The translations under genes were made by a program, and so were the position numbers. Of a DNA stretch of 64,000 nt, positions 45,569 through 55,584 are shown piece after piece. This stretch comes from Gammaproteobacteria bacterium (GTDB lineage Bacteria; Pseudomonadota; Gammaproteobacteria; Ga0077536), in assembly GCA_963662545.2 (NCBI GenBank), contig CAXXLL010000003.1:384001-448000 (forward strand). The letters run 5' to 3'. The notes beneath the pieces were generated by a model that was not told the DNA's origin, did not search any database, and saw only the letters and a list, made by a program, of their open reading frames with translations. The first letter of the stretch is position 1. Every line of letters starts with the position of its first letter.

Positions 45569-45595
45569 CTAGAATTCTCAAGCTCGCGGCTCCTC
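45569..45595 (-). pseudogene. Probable orphaned start of tpsB
   Basis: GAGGAG-8 nt-TTG AGA ATT CTA G running into the IS, same strand as tpsB. Confidence 0.5.
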
Positions 45596-46033
45596 TTCCG
45601 TTACTGTATCAGGGCGGTAACAAAGGTCTCGCCGGCCTTTATCTACATCCCGGTGATGAAATGCGCCAAAAAATCGAAATGACGCCGTGGTTTATGCATC
45701 GAGTACCCAAATCCTCGGTGGGCCGTTGACAGTTCATGTGCCGGCGGCGAGCCGGTGAAAAACCGGGTTTTGTGCCAACCTGAGCACAATACCCCGGATA
45801 TTAGCCGGCAACGGTGGTCGAAAGTAAGCCTCGTGAAGGGTACCGGGCCGCGACTTGCGGCTATGGGCACGTTCCAGAAAACGACATTGTCCGAAGCGCT
45901 TATTGATGAAAAGTGACTTGTTACATAAACTTCAAGGTCCGCTGAACCATGGGCGAATAAGCGTGGGCGCGAAACGAGAAGCTCTGCCGATCCTCACGAG
46001 AAGCTCTGCCGAGGCAATCCCTGACGATCCCGT

Positions 46034-46933
46034 ATGGCCGCGAAAACCACCAATCTGACCATTTTATTCGCGGATATCAGCGGCAGCACCCGTCTGTACG
46101 AACTACTGGGCGACGCCCCGGCGCGCGCCAAGGTGGCCGGCTGCCTGGAAATGCTGACCGATGTCACCGAACGCTTTGGCGGCACCGTTATCAAAACCAT
46201 TGGCGACGAAATCATGTGTACCTTTCCAGACGCTGAAACAGCGGTCAACGCGTCATGTGAAATGCACGAAATGCTGGAAGATGACGTCACCGAACAGACC
46301 GCGGCCGGGCCGATATCACTGGCGATCCGGGTCGGGCTGCACCATGGGCCTGCCATCCTCGAAGCGGGTGACGTGTTCGGCGATGCGGTAAATGTCGCGG
46401 CGCGCATGGCCTCGATGTCTAAAGCCGGGCAAATCATCACCACACAATTGACCGTTGAAGAACTGTCTCCGATTCTCAAGGCCAGTACGCGTTTCATTGA
46501 TCGCGCACCGGTCAAAAGGAAGAAGGAGACAATAGACATCTTCGAGGTCTTGTGGCAGCAGGAAGACGTGACGCGCATGTCGACTGGCGTCATTCCGGAG
46601 CCGGTACAACAGGCCAAGCTCAAGCTGACCTACCACGACATCAAGCTCACTCTGGACCAAGAGCGAACGCAGGTCGTCATGGGCCGCAGTAAGTCCGCCG
46701 ACATCACGGTGGCCGAAGCCCTCGCCTCACGTCAGCACGTGCGTCTCGAAGCGCGCCGCGGAAAGTTTTACATCATCGACCAGAGTACCAACGGCACCTA
46801 CATCATGAACGGTGACCAGGAGAATTTCCTGCGGCGCGAAGAAATGCTGATCACCGGCAGCGGCCAAATCAGCCTGGGACGGGCGTTTTCCGAGAACCCG
46901 CAGGAAGTAGTCCACTTCAATAGTGACGTTTGA
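46034..46933 (+). CDS. Class III adenylate cyclase-FHA domain protein
   Basis: FADISGST, VIKTIGDE, GDVFGDAVNVAAR; FHA GRS..SRQH..STNGT. Confidence 0.95.
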   Translation: MAAKTTNLTILFADISGSTRLYELLGDAPARAKVAGCLEMLTDVTERFGGTVIKTIGDEIMCTFPDAETAVNASCEMHEMLEDDVTEQTAAGPISLAIRVGLHHGPAILEAGDVFGDAVNVAARMASMSKAGQIITTQLTVEELSPILKASTRFIDRAPVKRKKETIDIFEVLWQQEDVTRMSTGVIPEPVQQAKLKLTYHDIKLTLDQERTQVVMGRSKSADITVAEALASRQHVRLEARRGKFYIIDQSTNGTYIMNGDQENFLRREEMLITGSGQISLGRAFSENPQEVVHFNSDV

Positions 46934-47038
46934 CGGCGTCTGACCCAGGCGCAGACCGGAGCTCGATGCGATCGCGTAAAGAATGCCTGAAGTGATTTGC
47001 ACCCAAATGCACCGTCCACCCACAACGACTTAGACTTG

Positions 47039-47767
47039 ATGAGCGATCAGCCCTTCACATGGCAGTCGTCGGGGATCACCGATGTCGGCAAAGTCAGAAA
47101 ACTGAACGAAGACTCGTTACTCGACCGCGGCAAGGATGGCCTGTGGGTCGTCGCCGACGGCATGGGCGGTCATTCGGCCGGCGATCTCGCGAGTCAACTC
47201 ATCGTCAATTCGCTTGAGAAGCTCGATCCGAGCGACGACCTGGCCGAATTCGTCGAACGCGTCGAGGACGCGGTGCTGGACGTCAATAATCGCCTTTACG
47301 AAGTCGCCAACGCACACAACCAAACCAGCGGCAGTACCGTGGTGGTGTTGCTGGCGCGAAGCCGGTACGCGGTCGTAATGTGGGCGGGCGACAGTCGGCT
47401 CTACCGCCTGCGCGACGGCCAAATCGCGAAGATGATGACCGATCATACTCAGATCGAACTCTATATCGAGAAAGGCCTGATGAACCGGGCAGAAGCCGAG
47501 GGGCATCCGTCGAACAATATGGTGACCCGTGCGGTCGGCGTTACCGAACACCTGTTGCTGGAAATGGACATGTTCGAAATTGAAGACGGCGATCGCTTCC
47601 TGCTCTGTTCGGATGGCCTCGATAAACACGTTAAGGATCCCGAAATCGGAGAAATTATGAGCTCGGGCGCGCCCGAGGAGATCACGCGCGCGCTCGTGGA
47701 CCTGACACTCGAACGCGGCGCCATGGATAATGTGACCGTTTGCTTGGTGGAAATGTCGGAGACGTGA
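47039..47767 (+). CDS. PP2C-family Ser/Thr phosphatase (PppA/Stp1-like)
   Basis: VRKLNED, VADGMGGH, GDSR, CSDGL, DN. Confidence 0.96.
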   Translation: MSDQPFTWQSSGITDVGKVRKLNEDSLLDRGKDGLWVVADGMGGHSAGDLASQLIVNSLEKLDPSDDLAEFVERVEDAVLDVNNRLYEVANAHNQTSGSTVVVLLARSRYAVVMWAGDSRLYRLRDGQIAKMMTDHTQIELYIEKGLMNRAEAEGHPSNNMVTRAVGVTEHLLLEMDMFEIEDGDRFLLCSDGLDKHVKDPEIGEIMSSGAPEEITRALVDLTLERGAMDNVTVCLVEMSET

Positions 47768-48033
47768 CGATGCAATACCCTAACAGGTTGTTGAAAAACG
47801 ATGTCCCTATCGTTTTTCAACTCGCAAGACGAAAACGCGGTTTCCGTCTTGCTCCATCAATCAAGCACATAGCGTGCTCGATGGATGCCGGTACATCCCT
47901 GTACCGGACACAGGCCAGCCAATGCCCGGATGAACGAAGTTTGCGAATGTCCGGGAAGTCTGTATGTTTGAACCGGTGACCGACGATAGCCGTTCCGCGA
48001 CGCTAGCTGCGCCTATTCAGGGAGGCGTCCGTC

Positions 48034-51000
48034 ATGGCTGATTTCAAAACGACCCTGCAAAAACTCGCGCGCGGCGACATCGAGTTTGAAACCGTCGCCA
48101 AGAATATCGACAAGCTCTTGTCGAAAAAGCCACAGGCGGCCGTGGCCATCATGGATCAGCTCAAGCAGGCCGTGGTCGAGGAACTGATCGACGCCGAAAC
48201 CTATGCGCGGATCAAGACCCGCATCGCCGGTCATGTCGAAGCGGCGCCCTTGGGCGCTGCTGAGGATGATGCACGCACCGAGTTTGCAGGCGCCGACGAG
48301 ACTCAGGTCCTCGAGAGCCCCGACGACGCCACTGAAATCATCGATATCACCGGCGCCAGCACCCAGGCGCCGCCATCCGGCCAGACCACCGGCATCGATT
48401 TCGACCTGACCTCGGATGCCGGTTCCACTTCTGCATCCTGGCCGACGGACGGATCGCAAACGGGCGCAACCGGCACGGATTGGGCGCAGCCCGGTGAAGC
48501 GGCCGGAGCAACCCAGATCGCGCCCGGCGCGGTCCTGCGCGGACGCTTTCAGCTCGACTCGATCTTGGGCGTCGGCGGCATGGGCTCGGTCTTTCTCGCC
48601 AGCGACCTGATCAAGGTACGCGCTAAGGACAAGCACCCGCGTGTTGCGCTCAAGGTGCTGAACGAGGACTTCAAGGAACACCCCGATTCCTTCATCGCGC
48701 TGCAGCGTGAAGCGAGCCGCCAGCAAAAACTCGCGCACCCGAACATCGCGACCGTCTACGATTTCGACCAGACCGAGGACGGCCTCGCCTTCCTCGTCAT
48801 GGAGCTGCTCGAAGGCGAGGCGCTGAACGACTTTATCAAGAAGGTCGTCCGGAAAAAGGGCGGTCTGCCGTTCGAGGAGGCGCTGCCGATGGTCCACGGC
48901 CTGGGCGCCGCGCTCGTCTACGCGCACGAACACAACATCGTGCATTCCGATTTCAAACCCGGCAACTGCTTCATCACCAAGGCCGGGCAAATGAAGGTGC
49001 TCGATTTCGGCATCGCGCGCGCAGTGAAAAACCCGGGCGCGGCCGAGGGCGAAACGACAATATTCGATCCCGGCAAGCTCGGCGCATTAACGCCGGCCTA
49101 CGCCAGCGTCGAGATGCTCGAAGGCGAAGAGCCGGATACGCGCGACGACATTTACGCGCTGGCCTGTGTCGCCTACGAACTTTTAACCGGCAAGCATCCG
49201 TTCAACAAGATCCCGGCCAACAAGGCGCTAGCTAGCGGCCTCGCGCCCGAACCTATCAAGGGCATGACGCGCAAACAGTGGCGCGGGCTCGAACGCGGCC
49301 TCGCATTCAAGCGTGAAGATCGTAGTCAAAACACTGCCCAGTTCCTGGAAGAGTTTGAAGGCGCCACCTCGCCGTTCAAAAACCCGTTCATCATGGTGCC
49401 GGCGGTGGCCGTACTGCTGCTCGCCGTCGGGCTCTTTCCAATCTTGGGTTATCTCGACGAACAGGACACCCAAGCACGCATCGCTCTCGCACAGTCCAGC
49501 GACCCGGCGAATATCCAGGCGGTGCTGGATCAAATAGATGCCGAGGGCGATGACCTGGACCCCGAAAAACGTGACCGCATTCTGACTGGAGCAAAGAATT
49601 CCATTCTTGCCTACTTCGACAAGAGTGCCCGCGATCGGATTGACGTCGCGAACGGGCAGTACGACTTCATCGGCGCGGAACTCATCCTCTCCACCGTCAA
49701 AGAAAATTACACGATCCTCGCCGACTCGAGCGTGCTGCTCAAACTCGGAGAAGACATCAGTGACGGGAAGAACCGGCTGTTCGCCGAGCAGTTCGACAAG
49801 TTCAACACGGCGCTAGAAGAAGGCAGCCTGCTCGACGTCGAAGGCGAAAACGACATCCACGATGCGATGGCGATCGTAGGCCGGGTCGATCCCGAGCATC
49901 CCATGCTCAAAGACCGGCGCATCCCGGGCGCGTTCGCCGTGGCAATCAACCAGGCCCTGGAGAACCAAGACTTCGATTACGCCGACGACTTGAGCAGCGT
50001 GGGCCTCGGACTCGTCGAATCCGTCAATCTTACCAACCTGACTGACAAGATTGGTGGTGCACGCGAGCGGGCCGAAGCGACTGCCTCAATCCTCGCGGCG
50101 ATCGCCGCCATCCAGGAAGCGGTCGACTCGGGTGAAGGCCTCGCGGGGTATCTCAAAGTGCAGGATTCGATCGCCGATCTGGCGGCGCTCGATCCAGGCA
50201 ACGAATTGCTCGGCATTCTGGTCAAGGACATTCAACCACGAGCGACGAAGGATCTCGCGGCGCTCGAGAACTCGAAGGACTGGTCGAAGAGCGAACTCAT
50301 GCTCGGCGACTACAGCCGCATGCTGCGCTCGCTCGGCCTGCACGATCAGAATGCCCGCACCAGCACTTTACGCGAGGAATTTACCGGCGAAGTTTCCGAC
50401 CGCACCGTGGATATCACCACGGCCGTCGCAGCCGGCGAACTCACACCGCAGGCCGATCAACTTCTCGCGCAGCTTGCGACGATAGCACCTCGCAATGAGC
50501 GCACCCTGGACGCGAGCGACCAGGGTGCGCTGGCGCATTTACGAGCTGCTCAGAATGCGCGGGACCAAGGTAATTTGGGCGCCGGAACTATCGCCATTGA
50601 GTCGGCGCGCAAAGCCGCGCCTGGTGAGCACGTACTCGCGCTAATCGAGGACGAAGCGGCGATCCTTGGCGCCGAGGCGGCGCTTGATGACGCGGGGCGC
50701 AGCGCTGCCATGGCGGAACGCCGCGGCGAATTCGACGCTGCTTATCAATTTGTAAGCGAGGACGTAAACGCGCTCGAATCGGATCCGGAAGCCTTTGCCC
50801 TGGCCTTCGATGGCATCAATCACTTGCGTGGGCTCAATCCCACAGACGGAAGGGTCGAGCAACTCGCGAGCACAATGGCGACCCAGGTCGAGCAAGGCGC
50901 CGGTCAACTCAGTGAAGCGAAAGCATGGGACAACGCCGTCGCACTGATGCGCGAGGGACTGGTCAATCTTCCGCAATCAACCCAGCTCAGCGACCAGCTG

Positions 51001-52938
51001 CTGACACTGCAGGCACAAAGGCGACAGGCACTCATCGAGGAACAGAGACAACGCGTTGCCGTTTCAAAACGCGATATCAAGGCGTTGCTGCAAGACCCGG
51101 TCGGGGACCGGTCCTGGCGGTTCGCCATCAATCAGAAAATGGCGATCATCACCGCCGAGGGTGAGCCCAACGACCCCTGGCTCGCAGAGATCGGGCCGCA
51201 GATCGCCAAGACCTTCATCGAACAAGCCACCGCGATGCGTAGTCAACAGCGTTTTGCCGAAGGTGCAAACCTGCTGGGCGCGGCGGAGCGTTACGCACCC
51301 GATTCGCCCGGACTGGCTGCCGAGCGCGAAGCGTTGGCGGCCGCCAGCGAAGCCTTCGAGCGCGAACAGGCCGAGCAGCAACGCCTGGCACGCATCGACG
51401 GCCTCAAGCAGACTTTCAAGTCCCAGGCCCTGGCCAACGACGTCGCGAACGCCTCGAAGACGCTCGATGCGCTCAAGCAGGAACTCGGCGAAACGGAAGA
51501 CGCCTTCCTCACCAGTGAGGCGCCACGCCTACTGGCCAACGCTTATTACAAGCTCGCGACTATTCGCGCGACGCGGCAGGATTACTCCGCCGCCCTGCGC
51601 TTCGCCGAAGCGTGCGCAAAGCTGCAGCCGCAGAGTCAGGAATGCCGGCTCGCCGTGCGTGAATATAGGGTGGGCGGTCACAGCGAAGACCTCGCGAAGA
51701 TCTTCAAATCAGGCAGCAACTTCGACATCAGCGAGGTCTACCGCAAGATCTCCGAGGTCCAGATCCTCGACCCCGGCGTGTTCAGCAATTTTGAAAATCC
51801 GTGGGCTCAGGGCGTCGCTGCGCGGCTCAAAAGTTTAAAGGACGAAGCCGGAGCAGGCGCCAACGAATTTATCCAACGCGCCAAGGAAATCTTCGTAGGC
51901 AATCCGATGATCGCGGCGATTGCACCGGTGCAACTTACGGTCGCCGCCTCACAATATGCCGGCGCCATCACCGCAGCCATCGCCGCGGCAAAACTCAGCG
52001 AAGCACGCAAGCTCATCAAGGAGGCTAATAAGAACGAAGCGCAGCATCCGGACATCGTGCGCTTAAAGGGTGCCTATAACGCCCGCGTGCGTGAGGCCAA
52101 GACGCTCTACGAAACCTACCAGGCGCAGTATGGAGACAAGGATTACGACACGGCGCTGACCACGATTCAAGACTCGCTTAAGGTATGGTCCGACAGTTCG
52201 ACGTTCAAGAAGGAATACGCCCGCGTGGTCGCTAAAATAAGCGCGGCCGCGCCCGCGGGCGGTGCGGTCGCCGCGGATTGGAAGCCGCCGCCCCCACTGC
52301 CGCCGACTGATCCTTGCGTAAGTAAGCTCGCGGGGCATGGAAAACGTAAGAAGGGACAGTGCTTCTACTATCTGGCCGGCAATCAGCGTGGTCCGACCAT
52401 GGTCGTAATACCCGCCGGCGAGAGCTTCGATAAGCCCTTTGCGATCGGCAAGTACGAGATCATGGTGGGCGACTACAACCGCTACTGTAATTTGAGCCGC
52501 CAGTGCGAAGCGGTGAAAGCGCAGAGCGCACGCCTGCCGATCACGGGGATTACGCTCGAGCAGGCACAGGCCTATATCGCATGGCTGTCGGAGCGCACAG
52601 AAAAGACCTACCGGCTGCCGACGGCCTCTGAGTGGACTTACGCTGCGCAAGCAGGCGGCGATCAGCCGAAGAAAGATTACAACTGCCGGGTGGAACAGGG
52701 TGGCCAGGTGCTCAAGGGCCAGGGCACGATGGGGGTGAATACCGGCAAGGCCAACGGCTGGGGCTTGTACAATTACGTTGGCAACGTGCAGGAGTGGGTG
52801 CAGACGGAAAACGGCGTGATCGTTCGCGGCGGCGCCTTCGAGGACTCCTTCAGCAAGTGTGCCATTACCCTGGAGAAGCCGCACGAAGGCGGGGCTGACG
52901 GGTCGACCGGTTTCCGCGTGCTGCAGGAGTTGGGCTGA
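48034..52938 (+). CDS. Membrane Hanks-type Ser/Thr kinase with large helical periplasmic region and C-terminal FGE/SUMF1 domain
   Basis: GVGGMG, VALK, HSDFKPGN, DFG, TM segment, YRLPTASEW, GNVQEW, GFRV. Confidence 0.95.
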   Translation: MADFKTTLQKLARGDIEFETVAKNIDKLLSKKPQAAVAIMDQLKQAVVEELIDAETYARIKTRIAGHVEAAPLGAAEDDARTEFAGADETQVLESPDDATEIIDITGASTQAPPSGQTTGIDFDLTSDAGSTSASWPTDGSQTGATGTDWAQPGEAAGATQIAPGAVLRGRFQLDSILGVGGMGSVFLASDLIKVRAKDKHPRVALKVLNEDFKEHPDSFIALQREASRQQKLAHPNIATVYDFDQTEDGLAFLVMELLEGEALNDFIKKVVRKKGGLPFEEALPMVHGLGAALVYAHEHNIVHSDFKPGNCFITKAGQMKVLDFGIARAVKNPGAAEGETTIFDPGKLGALTPAYASVEMLEGEEPDTRDDIYALACVAYELLTGKHPFNKIPANKALASGLAPEPIKGMTRKQWRGLERGLAFKREDRSQNTAQFLEEFEGATSPFKNPFIMVPAVAVLLLAVGLFPILGYLDEQDTQARIALAQSSDPANIQAVLDQIDAEGDDLDPEKRDRILTGAKNSILAYFDKSARDRIDVANGQYDFIGAELILSTVKENYTILADSSVLLKLGEDISDGKNRLFAEQFDKFNTALEEGSLLDVEGENDIHDAMAIVGRVDPEHPMLKDRRIPGAFAVAINQALENQDFDYADDLSSVGLGLVESVNLTNLTDKIGGARERAEATASILAAIAAIQEAVDSGEGLAGYLKVQDSIADLAALDPGNELLGILVKDIQPRATKDLAALENSKDWSKSELMLGDYSRMLRSLGLHDQNARTSTLREEFTGEVSDRTVDITTAVAAGELTPQADQLLAQLATIAPRNERTLDASDQGALAHLRAAQNARDQGNLGAGTIAIESARKAAPGEHVLALIEDEAAILGAEAALDDAGRSAAMAERRGEFDAAYQFVSEDVNALESDPEAFALAFDGINHLRGLNPTDGRVEQLASTMATQVEQGAGQLSEAKAWDNAVALMREGLVNLPQSTQLSDQLLTLQAQRRQALIEEQRQRVAVSKRDIKALLQDPVGDRSWRFAINQKMAIITAEGEPNDPWLAEIGPQIAKTFIEQATAMRSQQRFAEGANLLGAAERYAPDSPGLAAEREALAAASEAFEREQAEQQRLARIDGLKQTFKSQALANDVANASKTLDALKQELGETEDAFLTSEAPRLLANAYYKLATIRATRQDYSAALRFAEACAKLQPQSQECRLAVREYRVGGHSEDLAKIFKSGSNFDISEVYRKISEVQILDPGVFSNFENPWAQGVAARLKSLKDEAGAGANEFIQRAKEIFVGNPMIAAIAPVQLTVAASQYAGAITAAIAAAKLSEARKLIKEANKNEAQHPDIVRLKGAYNARVREAKTLYETYQAQYGDKDYDTALTTIQDSLKVWSDSSTFKKEYARVVAKISAAAPAGGAVAADWKPPPPLPPTDPCVSKLAGHGKRKKGQCFYYLAGNQRGPTMVVIPAGESFDKPFAIGKYEIMVGDYNRYCNLSRQCEAVKAQSARLPITGITLEQAQAYIAWLSERTEKTYRLPTASEWTYAAQAGGDQPKKDYNCRVEQGGQVLKGQGTMGVNTGKANGWGLYNYVGNVQEWVQTENGVIVRGGAFEDSFSKCAITLEKPHEGGADGSTGFRVLQELG

Positions 52939-52958
52939 CGCGCGCGCGGCCGGCTCGC

Positions 52959-54644
52959 ATGAGCGTCGAGACACTTCGAGCACTGTCACGCGCCTACGCT
53001 GCGGGTGATATCGATCGCGAGTCCTATCGCCTGGAGCGGCGGACTTTGCTGGGCCGGATCGTCGCGGGCGAATTCCCCGTCATTCCTTTTTTAGCACCCG
53101 AGCCCGAATCGCCGACGGTCTTTCCCGACGATGATGACGAGGGTGACACCACCCAGGAAGTCATCCCCGGCATCGCGCAACTGCAGACGACGACGACGTC
53201 GCGCCAAAGTGGCGCGCCGATCATCCCGATCGCGATCGTCATCGCCGTTCTCGCCGCCGGCGTTATCGGCTGGCTCGCGACAGACAGCACCGGTGGCCCC
53301 GAGCCACAACCCGGGTCCGAACCTGAGCTCGCGCCGCGGGTCGACATACTGCTGGAATTTCTCGAGGAAAACTCCTGGGCGCCCGAGCGCATCGTGGGTT
53401 TAACGCGGGAATGGAGTCATCTCGCCCCAGCCGACCGCGACGAGTATGTAAAATCCAAATCGATGCGGCGGTTCACCGACGCCGTGTTCGAACAAATCAC
53501 CGCGGAAAGCGCCTTGATAGAACTCGGCGACGCCGAAGAGGCGCTCGACGCGCAGGAGCAGTTGCTCGATCTCTTCGATCATTTGGGTGTCTCCAACGAG
53601 CGCGTGATGCGCGCGCGTCAACGGTGGACCGAAACGCGCGAAGAAAAACTTGCCGTCGTAAGTCTCGAGCCGCCCGCACTCGCCGCAGCGGAAGCACCGG
53701 CGGAGGTCGCGGTCCCTGATGCACCGGCGGCGGCGGAGGTGCTGGAGGCGCCGCCGTCGAAGATCGAAACAGCGCCCGCATCCGAAGCTGTGACGGCACC
53801 GCCTGCCAAAGAAGAGACACCGCTCGCCACTGCGCCGGCTGCAACGAGGTCAGCGGAAACGGCGCCGCCCGCGGCCAAGTCACGGACCGTACGGAGCAAC
53901 TGCAAGGCGGAACTCGCAAAGCAGCGGCGTCCGTACTGCATGGATGTGCTCGCCTCGGGCGTCAAAGGCCCCGTAATGGTCGTACTGCCGAGCGGTAGTT
54001 TCGAAATGGGCGGCACGCGCGACGAGGAGATTCCCCGACATACCGTGATCTTCGAGGATCCCTTCGCAATGGGCATGTTCGAAATCAGCGTCGCCGAGCT
54101 CAACCAATACTGCGAAAATGCCGGCGCGAAATGCCCGGAACAGCCCTGGGACAACTCCGCTCTGCCTGCCGTCAACGTGTCCTGGGACCTGGCCCGTGCC
54201 TTCACGGATTGGCTGTCGGAGATCACCGGTGCTGAGTACCGCCTGCCCACGGAGCCCGAATGGGAATACGCCACGAGGGCCGGTACGACGACGACGTATC
54301 CGTTTGGTGAGGAGATCGTCCCGACGGATGCGCGCTATAGCTTCAAAAGCACCGAAACCGAGCCGCTGGCGACGAATGATCGCTCGGTCAACCGCAACGA
54401 TTTCCGCCTTTATCACATGCTCGGTAATGTGCGCGAATGGATGCTCGATACCTGGGCGCCGAATTACAAAGGTGCGCCATCCGACGGCAGCGCGCGCAGC
54501 ACGCCCGGCGTCGACGAACACGTCGTACGCGGTGGATCGTACGCCGATCGCGCCAATGCCTTGCGCTCGGCGGCGCGCCTGCCGCAGACGGCGTCACGAG
54601 GCGATCGCTATACGGGATTTCGCGTCGTACGCGTCATCAATTAG
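52959..54644 (+). CDS. Membrane-anchored FGE/SUMF1-domain protein (TagR-like)
   Basis: SHOCT-like N-terminus, TM, Ala/Pro linker, RLPTEPEWEYA, GNVREW, GFRVV. Confidence 0.92.
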   Translation: MSVETLRALSRAYAAGDIDRESYRLERRTLLGRIVAGEFPVIPFLAPEPESPTVFPDDDDEGDTTQEVIPGIAQLQTTTTSRQSGAPIIPIAIVIAVLAAGVIGWLATDSTGGPEPQPGSEPELAPRVDILLEFLEENSWAPERIVGLTREWSHLAPADRDEYVKSKSMRRFTDAVFEQITAESALIELGDAEEALDAQEQLLDLFDHLGVSNERVMRARQRWTETREEKLAVVSLEPPALAAAEAPAEVAVPDAPAAAEVLEAPPSKIETAPASEAVTAPPAKEETPLATAPAATRSAETAPPAAKSRTVRSNCKAELAKQRRPYCMDVLASGVKGPVMVVLPSGSFEMGGTRDEEIPRHTVIFEDPFAMGMFEISVAELNQYCENAGAKCPEQPWDNSALPAVNVSWDLARAFTDWLSEITGAEYRLPTEPEWEYATRAGTTTTYPFGEEIVPTDARYSFKSTETEPLATNDRSVNRNDFRLYHMLGNVREWMLDTWAPNYKGAPSDGSARSTPGVDEHVVRGGSYADRANALRSAARLPQTASRGDRYTGFRVVRVIN

Positions 54645-54689
54645 CCGCATTCACCCTCCGATCGCATGCGGTATTCGGCATGGTGAGAT

Positions 54690-55394
54690 ATGCAGGCTAA
54701 CCTGAATCCGGAAGAACTCGACAAGTTCGCCGACCTGGCGGCCACCTGGTGGGATGAACGCGGACCCTGCCGCCCGCTCCACGACCTCAACCCGTGCCGG
54801 CTCGACTACGTCGCGGCGCGCATGGAATTATCCGGTGCGGCGATCGCCGATGTCGGATGCGGCGGCGGCATCTTTAGCGAAGCTCTCGCGCGCAATGGCG
54901 CCCGGGTGACGGGGATCGACGCGACCAGGGAGTTGATCGACGTCGCCTGCGAACACGCGCTCCAGAGCGCAATCGAGATCGACTATCGCTTAGGCACATC
55001 GAGCGAACTAGCGGCAAGCAATGCCGCCGGATTCGACGCGGTAGTGTGTATGGAACTCATTGAACACGTCCCCGATCCCGATGCGCTGCTCAGAGACTGT
55101 GCGCGGCTCCTCAAACCCAATGGTCTTCTCATAGTCTCCACGCTCAATCGAACGCCCGAGGCCTATGCTTTAGGCATCGTCGCGGCCGAATATGCATTTT
55201 CATTGCTTCCCCGCGGCACCCACGACTACGCGAATTTCATCAAGCCGTCCGAACTCGCGCGTAGCGCGCGTCGATATGGGCTCGCGCTCGAAGACGTGAG
55301 CGGCATGGCTTACAACCCGCTTACCCGGCACGCCCGCCTGCGCCGTTCACCGGCCGTCAACTATTTTGCGAGCTTCAGGCGCACCGGCGCATGA
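54690..55394 (+). CDS. ubiG: Ubiquinone biosynthesis O-methyltransferase
   Basis: WWD..PLHDLNP, DVGCGGG, GTHDY..FIKPSEL. Confidence 0.96.
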   Translation: MQANLNPEELDKFADLAATWWDERGPCRPLHDLNPCRLDYVAARMELSGAAIADVGCGGGIFSEALARNGARVTGIDATRELIDVACEHALQSAIEIDYRLGTSSELAASNAAGFDAVVCMELIEHVPDPDALLRDCARLLKPNGLLIVSTLNRTPEAYALGIVAAEYAFSLLPRGTHDYANFIKPSELARSARRYGLALEDVSGMAYNPLTRHARLRRSPAVNYFASFRRTGA

Positions 55395-55578
55395 CTAGCC
55401 CGCATTTCTCACCAGCGTTCGTCGCGAGGTGGTTCAAGGGTGCGGCATGGCTGGCGTTCGCGATCGAGGAACGCGCAGGCGTAGTTGACACTACGTCGAG
55501 CATTCCGACCGAGCGAACGCCAGTCAGGGCGTGCCATTGGGCCGCCGCAGCAGAAGGCTGGTGAGATATGCGGGCTAG
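55395..55578. mobile_element. 184-bp palindromic MITE bounded by CTAG
   Basis: CTAGCCCGCAT(T/A)TCTCACCAGC IRs plus nested stems; intergenic. Confidence 0.8.
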
Positions 55579-55584
55579 AACCTG

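Noticed and set aside
45765-45925. Sigma54 or CRP site in the divergent promoter region
   Set aside because: TGGCAC lacks the -12 TTGC; AGTGA-N6-ACATA is too weak a match
52300-54644. FGE/CLec domains as diversity-generating retroelement targets
   Set aside because: No reverse transcriptase and no template repeat differing at adenines seen in the window
46034-54644. Type VI secretion cluster
   Set aside because: Only regulatory-type genes; no tss, hcp or vgrG in the window
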